From the NCBI GenBank assembly GCA_964492425.1, contig CAZBKB010000005.1, forward strand, positions 12,468 through 76,467: a stretch of DNA of 64,000 bases. Direction: 5' to 3'. Shown here piece by piece: positions 58,726-64,000 of the stretch. Positions within the stretch are counted from its first letter, which is position 1, and each line of letters begins with the position of its first letter. The notes below the pieces were generated by a model, which was not told the DNA's origin, made no database searches, and worked only from the letters and a program-made list of their open reading frames with translations. A program made the translations under genes and the position numbers. The DNA comes from an uncultured Gammaproteobacteria bacterium (GTDB taxonomy: Bacteria; Patescibacteriota; Microgenomatia; Curtissbacterales; GWA2-41-24).

Positions 58726-59330
58726 GTTATTTCGGAGGGCCCCTAGAACCTTCCCTCCCTCGCTCCCTCTGGGAATATACATAGTTAAATTAGCTATATA
58801 TATCTTGCTGCCACCCAGAATCTTGTCTGGGTCAAAGGCTGCACATTCCCGTCGGTCGCTTCGGTCGGTCGCCACTAATCTTCAGCTAGTTTTATTTTTA
58901 GTCGCCTAACTACTCGTAGCGGTCGAGCCCTCTGCGACAATAAAAAAACACCGGGACGAAATGAATTTCTTCATCTCGTTTTGCCAGTGTTTGGGTCGAA
59001 AAATGCTTTCTCGACTTAAATCGACTATAACTCAAATCGACACAAATGTCAAGTTTAGCCTATTCGGACAACATAATTGTAATAACTTACAGACCATGAA
59101 AGAGGTTATTAGTTTTAGCAGAAACACTTGAACAGATTTAAGGATTTCTGTACCTTTAATGTGTCGAAATACCTCCCATATATCTCTATATAGTTTATGA
59201 ACTATGTATTATCTCTTATACATAATATATATTATGATGCGTGTGCCTAGAGCGTCGCCATCTAAATTAAAAAAGGTACTAAACTATCAAGGACTAACCG
59301 ACCAGTTCTTGTTATAATCATTACACCTCT

Positions 59331-60101
59331 ATGAATATCTCTGATTTAAAACTTTTTGCAGAAAGCAACGATATAAAAATGGCAAATCAGAGCACAATTG
59401 CATCGGAAGCAGCAGACATTATTACGAAACGATATAACTACAGCCTTGATGCTATTAAAATTAACTTTGATAAGCTTTTGTATGAAACAGAAAGAGAAAC
59501 TTACAAAGTTTATTTGAAATATCAGAAGGAATACGGGAAAAAAGTATTTGACAAATTCACAGCAGAGTTAATAAAAAACAAAGAATTAAAACAACTCGGA
59601 GAAGTTGGTGAAGTTTTAGGTAATTATTTCGAAGTTTTTGATAAGTTTTTTCTTTCTTTAGCACAATCTAGGAAAGCCCGAGCTGGTAAGTCTTTTGAGG
59701 CTATACACAATGCATTATTTAAAGAACTGTCTTATCCATTCGATGAACAAAGGGTGATAAACGGAAAGCCAGATTTCATTATGCCCTCATATGACCATTA
59801 CATGAATAATGCACCAGACTGCATTATCTTTACTGCAAAAAGAACGCTAAGAGAAAGGTGGCGACAAATTGTAATAGAAGGTACTAGAGGTTTGGGCTTT
59901 TTTCTTGCGACAATCGACGAAAACATAAGTGCAAACCAAGTCTTAGAGGCACACAACAACAGAATCTTCATAGTCTGTCCAGAAATAATTAAGAAGGAAA
60001 AATATTCAAATGCAATTAATGTATTAAGTTTTACCCAATTTTTTAAAGATTATCTTGACCCAGCATTAGCAAGATGGAAAAGGAATGAGATAGTTTCATA
60101 A
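59331..60101 (+). CDS. Type II restriction endonuclease (specificity unknown)
   Basis: 256-aa ORF ending 2 nt before the C5-MTase gene. It has a PD-(D/E)xK-like arrangement (KPDFIMP ... [10 protein letters not shown]). The call rests mainly on genomic context. Confidence 0.45.
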   Translation: MNISDLKLFAESNDIKMANQSTIASEAADIITKRYNYSLDAIKINFDKLLYETERETYKVYLKYQKEYGKKVFDKFTAELIKNKELKQLGEVGEVLGNYFEVFDKFFLSLAQSRKARAGKSFEAIHNALFKELSYPFDEQRVINGKPDFIMPSYDHYMNNAPDCIIFTAKRTLRERWRQIVIEGTRGLGFFLATIDENISANQVLEAHNNRIFIVCPEIIKKEKYSNAINVLSFTQFFKDYLDPALARWKRNEIVS

Positions 60102-60103
60102 AT

Positions 60104-61195
60104 ATGAAGAAGAAGTTCACATTCATTGATTTATTCGCCGGAATAGGAGGGACTAGAATTGCATTTGAAGGTGCTGGAGGTGAATGTGTATTTACTTCAG
60201 AGTGGGATAAGTATTGTCAATTTACATATCTGGCAAATTTTAAGGAGAAACCACATGGTGATATTAGAGTAATTGATGAAAAAAACATTCCAGACCATGA
60301 CCTGCTCTTAGCAGGGTTTCCATGTCAGCCATTTTCAATAGCAGGCGTTTCTAAAAATAAAAGCTTGGGCAGAGCCCACGGTTTCAAACATGTTAAGCAG
60401 GGAAATCTTTTTTTTGACATTGCAAGGATAATTCTTGAAAAAAGACCAAAAGCATTTTTACTCGAGAATGTAAAAAATCTTAAAACTCATGACAAAGGTA
60501 ACACATTTAAGGTTATAAGTGAGACATTGGATAGCCTTGGGTATGAGACTTTTGTTGAAGTATTGGACGCGAAATCTTATGTACCGCAACACAGGGAAAG
60601 AATTTTTATTGTGGGATTCCGAAAGGAAATAAGTAAAAGTATTAAATTCAATTTTCCAAAATCTCATAAACGAAATAAAAACTTAAAAGATATACTCGAA
60701 AAAACCGTTGATAGTAAATATACCCTGTCGGATAAGCTCTGGAATTATTTACAAAATTATGCAAAAAAACACAAAGAAAAAGGTAACGGATTTGGTTTTG
60801 GTTTAATTGACCCCGAAACGGATGATATTACTCGAACGCTAAGTGCTAGGTACTACAAGGATGGTTCGGAAATTTTAATTAGGCAGAAAAATAAGAACCC
60901 ACGAAGGCTTACACCTCGAGAGTGTGCACGATTAATGGGATTTGACGACAGCTTTAAAATAGCAGTTTCGGACACGCAGGCATACAAGCAATTCGGCAAT
61001 GCTCTTTGTGTGCCTTTGGTAAGTTCTATAGCAAAAGAAATGATTAAAGGTTTAAACTCTTATGGAATTATAAAAAATTATGGACAAACTGACGACTCAA
61101 GAAAGAAGCTGGAATATGTCCAGAATCAAATCAAGAAATACAAAGCCAGAGATGAAGCTGAGAAGATTTCTCCACAAGTCAGGCTACCGATATAG
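60104..61195 (+). CDS. dcm: DNA (cytosine-5)-methyltransferase
   Basis: Motif [11 protein letters not shown], motif [10 protein letters not shown] (catalytic Cys), ENV (FLLENV) and motif [10 protein letters not shown]. Its 3' end overlaps vsr by 116 nt in another frame. Confidence 0.85.
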   Translation: MKKKFTFIDLFAGIGGTRIAFEGAGGECVFTSEWDKYCQFTYLANFKEKPHGDIRVIDEKNIPDHDLLLAGFPCQPFSIAGVSKNKSLGRAHGFKHVKQGNLFFDIARIILEKRPKAFLLENVKNLKTHDKGNTFKVISETLDSLGYETFVEVLDAKSYVPQHRERIFIVGFRKEISKSIKFNFPKSHKRNKNLKDILEKTVDSKYTLSDKLWNYLQNYAKKHKEKGNGFGFGLIDPETDDITRTLSARYYKDGSEILIRQKNKNPRRLTPRECARLMGFDDSFKIAVSDTQAYKQFGNALCVPLVSSIAKEMIKGLNSYGIIKNYGQTDDSRKKLEYVQNQIKKYKARDEAEKISPQVRLPI

Positions 61196-61487
61196 AATAC
61201 ATTACCCCATTACTGGTAGGCCAGATATCGCCTTTCCATCAAAACAAATAGCTCTATTCATTCATGGTTGTTTTTGGCATCAGCATGGTTGCAAAAACTC
61301 AGTGATTCCCAAAACCAATACAGATTTCTGGATGCATAAATTACAATCAAATGTTGAACGAGACTCAAAAGTTACGAAACTGTTAAAAAAAGACGGTTGG
61401 ACTGCTTATACCTTATGGGAGTGCGAACTTGAGGAACGATTTGAACATGAAGCAGGAAGGTTGGTGAAAAAATTACACAATCGATAA
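61080..61487 (+). CDS. vsr: Very short patch repair endonuclease Vsr
   Basis: [58 protein letters not shown] and [11 protein letters not shown] are collinear with E. coli Vsr. Confidence 0.8.
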   Translation: MDKLTTQERSWNMSRIKSRNTKPEMKLRRFLHKSGYRYRIHYPITGRPDIAFPSKQIALFIHGCFWHQHGCKNSVIPKTNTDFWMHKLQSNVERDSKVTKLLKKDGWTAYTLWECELEERFEHEAGRLVKKLHNR

Positions 61488-61530
61488 AATGGGCATTCTT
61501 TTTTACCCTGTAGTATAATTTTCACGCCTA

Positions 61531-63006
61531 ATGACGATAACAAAATCTGAATACTTATTATTTCTTAAACATCCAGCTTGGCTGTGGCTTAAAAAACATG
61601 CCAAAGACAAATTACCAGCAACATCTGCAGAACTGCAAAGACTTTTTGATTTGGGACATGTTTTCGAGACATACGCTGAAAAACTTTTTCCCAATGCAAT
61701 AAAGTTAGGTTTTCGAGAATATCAGGAGTATTTGGACCTTCCCACCAAGACAGTTGAACTTCTGAATAATGGCGTAAAAACTATTCTGCAAGGAAGAATT
61801 GAAATCAATAATCTAACATGTATTTTCGATTGTTTAGACAAAGTTGGTAAGGATGAATTTGACTTGATAGAAATTAAGGGAAGCACTTCAGCGAAACCCG
61901 AGCATCATTTAGACCTCGCATTTCAGCTTCTTGTTATAGAGTCTGCCGGTTACAAGGTAAGGAACATTAAAATAATCCATGTAAACAATGCTTTTATAAG
62001 GAATGGTGAAATATCTCCTGATGAAATAACTACTGTTACCGATGCTACCAAAGAAGTGCGTGCCTTGGAAGAATTTACAAAGACAAGCATTAAAAAGGCA
62101 TTTGAGATAATCAATTCTGACATCATGCCAAGTTTATCGCCTCGACACGCCTCAACAGGTGCACTAAAAGAATGGATAGAAATTCATTCATACATAAACG
62201 GGGGGTTGCCAAGTCACCATGTTTATAATATTTCATCCCCAAACCCCGCCGCATTAGGTGAGCTTGAAGACCTGCATATAGAAAAGATTGAAGATATTCC
62301 AGATGATTTCAACCTTAGTGCAAAGCAAAGATGGCAAGTAATTGCAAATAAGAGTGGGAGGCAAACAGATAAGAAGAAAATTAAGGAGTTTATAAAATCA
62401 ATTGAATATCCGCTTTACTTCTTAGATTACGAAACTTTAGCAGGAGTAATTCCACCGTTCGATGGATTAAAACCATATGAGCAATTACCGTTTCAGTATT
62501 CTCTGCACATTTTAAAAAAAAGAGATTCAAAGCTGGAGCACGAGGAATATTTGCATACCGATAGCACTAACCCTTTGCCTCAACTTTTGAAACAATTAAA
62601 AAATGATATTGGAACAAAAGGAACAGTCTTAGTGTGGAACGAATCTTTTGAAAAAAGATGCAATGACTTGATGGCTATGCTTGCTCCAGAATATGCTGAC
62701 TTTTTAAAATCAGTTAATGCAAGAATTATTGACTTAATGAAGCCATTTGCTAAAGGATGGTTTGTAGACAAAGAATTTAGGGGGAGCTCATCTATTAAAA
62801 AAGTTTTACCAGCCTTGGTTAACAAATTATCTTACAAGGAGTTGTCAATTAGTGAAGGAGGCTTAGCTCAATCCATATGGATGGATACTTTTTTAAATGG
62901 GGAGAACACACAACAGAAAGAAAAAATTGCGAGTGACCTTCGGGAGTATTGTAAGACTGATACTCTCGCAATGTTTGAAATCTACAAACTGCTTAAAAAT
63001 TTTTAA
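61531..63006 (+). CDS. Two-nuclease protein: N-terminal Cas4/RecB-like PD-(D/E)xK domain plus C-terminal DEDDy 3'-5' exonuclease-like domain (DUF2779-like)
   Basis: N-terminus: FDCLDK ... DLIEIKGSTSAK (D ... ExK) then HHLDLAFQLLV. C-terminus: YFLDYETL (Exo I DxE), VWNESFEKRC (Exo II-like), YCKTDTLAMFEIY (Exo III YxxxD). Confidence 0.5.
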   Translation: MTITKSEYLLFLKHPAWLWLKKHAKDKLPATSAELQRLFDLGHVFETYAEKLFPNAIKLGFREYQEYLDLPTKTVELLNNGVKTILQGRIEINNLTCIFDCLDKVGKDEFDLIEIKGSTSAKPEHHLDLAFQLLVIESAGYKVRNIKIIHVNNAFIRNGEISPDEITTVTDATKEVRALEEFTKTSIKKAFEIINSDIMPSLSPRHASTGALKEWIEIHSYINGGLPSHHVYNISSPNPAALGELEDLHIEKIEDIPDDFNLSAKQRWQVIANKSGRQTDKKKIKEFIKSIEYPLYFLDYETLAGVIPPFDGLKPYEQLPFQYSLHILKKRDSKLEHEEYLHTDSTNPLPQLLKQLKNDIGTKGTVLVWNESFEKRCNDLMAMLAPEYADFLKSVNARIIDLMKPFAKGWFVDKEFRGSSSIKKVLPALVNKLSYKELSISEGGLAQSIWMDTFLNGENTQQKEKIASDLREYCKTDTLAMFEIYKLLKNF

Positions 63007-63823
63007 ACCAGTCCTCGTCAATCGTTACTACTTCTTCTGTTCTCACAAAGATACCTAAACCAAGCTCCTTCATTTTCTCGACCAGCTGCTCTCCATCAAC
63101 CAAGTCAATAGGGGTTGAACCATCTCTCGATGCTTCAAGTTTAGCGTCCCTTGTGAATGAGCCTGTTGTAATTAGCAAACCTTTATCAGCTCTACCCACC
63201 ATTGTTCCTTTAAATTCTCTTATTTGTTGAGAGGTAACAGTTCCTTGGTATCTCTTACACTGAAAGATTACTTTGAAGCTAAGAAAACCTCCAATTCTTA
63301 CAATGCCAGTCCCGTCAATTCCACCATCACCTGATTTTCCTGTCACCTTAACTTGAATGAAACCAGCTTCCCTCAAAACTCTCTGGCAAAGCCGTTCAAA
63401 TTCTGAAGGGTCAAGGGACTTTAAAATCTCTAAGAGCTCATCTTGCCAATCAGGTTGTTTTGTGTCTGATTTTCCAGTTTCTTGTACTTCATCATCAACT
63501 TCTGTTTTGTCAATATTTTTGACTGTTTTATTAACCTCATCCTTGTCAACAGATTTCGTTTCTACACCCTTGCTAGTTAAAGACCAGACACCTCTCGAAG
63601 AATTTTCAAGTAGACCAAATCTTTTTAGATAATTCCTCGCCCATGCAAGCCTGTAGCTAAGTTTAGTTCTATTGCCTCTATGAATCTCACTAATTTCTGC
63701 ATCACTAAGTTTTAAGATTTCTGCAACTTTTTCCTCAAGTTCAGAAACAGAAGCAGAGTTACCAAGTTCGTGTAACGCCTCAAGTAAAGGATTAAATAAA
63801 CCATCATATTTAGGTACAGTCAT
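62993..63823 (-). CDS. mrr: Type IV (modification-dependent) restriction endonuclease Mrr
   Basis: N-terminal Mrr_N winged helix (LFNPLLEALHELGNSASVSELEEKV). C-terminal Mrr_cat PD-(D/E)xK: GKSGDGGIDGTGI ... VIFQCKRY. It converges on and overlaps the upstream nuclease gene by 14 nt. Confidence 0.8.
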   Translation of the reverse strand: MTVPKYDGLFNPLLEALHELGNSASVSELEEKVAEILKLSDAEISEIHRGNRTKLSYRLAWARNYLKRFGLLENSSRGVWSLTSKGVETKSVDKDEVNKTVKNIDKTEVDDEVQETGKSDTKQPDWQDELLEILKSLDPSEFERLCQRVLREAGFIQVKVTGKSGDGGIDGTGIVRIGGFLSFKVIFQCKRYQGTVTSQQIREFKGTMVGRADKGLLITTGSFTRDAKLEASRDGSTPIDLVDGEQLVEKMKELGLGIFVRTEEVVTIDEDWFKNF

Positions 63824-63914
63824 AATATTATTTTACAATAAATATCCCTTCAGTGTGTTCTAAATAATTTATTTTATAGCAGAGTTTGGGTTTAAAAAAT
63901 TATAATAAGGTTAC

Positions 63915-64000
63915 ATGAAACCTACTGAAGTGATGAGCACACTCGCAAACCCTTGGAAAAAATACAATGAGTTTTTTGACAAAGGCTGTAGGAATATTTG
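63915..64000 (+). CDS. 5' end of an ORF truncated by the window edge
   Basis: ATG 63915 opens MKPTEVMSTLANPWKKYNEFFDKGCRNI... to the window end. Too short to classify. Confidence 0.15.
   Translation, partial: MKPTEVMSTLANPWKKYNEFFDKGCRNI

Noticed and set aside
58726-58875. Long form (104 aa) of the minus-strand RHH ORF
   Set aside because: The extra N-terminal 50 codons run through a GC-rich repeat-containing stretch that looks non-coding. The short form still carries a complete RHH fold. The long form is kept only as an alternative.
60104-61195. Possible frameshift or pseudogene in the C5-MTase because of the 116-nt overlap with vsr
   Set aside because: All MTase motifs (I, IV, ENV, X) are intact and in frame. 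dcm-vsr overlaps are a known arrangement. The overlap is flagged as unusually long, but the gene is not called a pseudogene.
1-64000. CRISPR array, rRNA or tRNA genes
   Set aside because: There are no regularly spaced short direct repeats with unique spacers. No tRNA-like T-arm (GGTTCGAATCC-type) was seen, including next to the integrase. No rRNA-like conserved stretches were seen.

Overview
The window is an AT-rich bacterial chromosome segment with tightly packed, mostly co-directional genes that often overlap by 4-20 nt. Many starts lack a Shine-Dalgarno sequence, and TTG/GTG starts are frequent. The gene content and style are reminiscent of an uncultivated small-genome bacterium (CPR/Patescibacteria-like); this is inference. 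Four blocks are present. (1) 1-23.2 kb holds a large surface-glycan/glycosylation locus. It encodes six GT4 and three GT2 glycosyltransferases, at least four ArnT/PMT-like GT-C membrane glycosyltransferases, a Wzx-like flippase, an O-antigen-ligase-like protein, two hexapeptide acetyltransferases and two SAM methyltransferases. (2) 23.3-28.4 kb is an accessory hotspot immediately upstream of another GT4 gene, and it is the most unusual part of the window. A tandem array of small foreign cassettes is separated by repeated copies of that GT gene's own upstream region plus its first 10-17 codons, joined to a conserved roughly 150-bp module carrying a near-consensus sigma70-like promoter. The cassettes are a VapBC pair, two domain-less hypothetical proteins, an ispG gene, and a DUF4258/YgiT-zinc-finger pair. 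The pattern suggests iterative site-specific insertion into the 5' end of the GT gene, with the target regenerated each time. (3) 28.3-57.3 kb holds housekeeping genes. These are manC, a phosphoglycosyl transferase, recO, glyQS, purF, and a complete but non-canonically ordered dcw/peptidoglycan cluster: mraZ-rsmH-ftsL-ftsI-murE-(glmU-N::murC fusion)-murB-murA-alr-murF-mraY-murD-ftsW-murG-ftsQ-ftsA-ftsZ. An array of four 10-bp-phased TGGTGA repeats sits in front of mraZ and may be MraZ boxes. (4) 57.3-64 kb is a defense-type island directly after ftsZ. It holds a tyrosine integrase flanked by a perfect 15-bp direct repeat, an RHH protein, a type II R-M system with an overlapping vsr, a two-nuclease protein (Cas4-like PD-(D/E)xK plus DEDDy exonuclease), and an Mrr type IV restriction enzyme. 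No rRNA, tRNA or CRISPR array was recognised.
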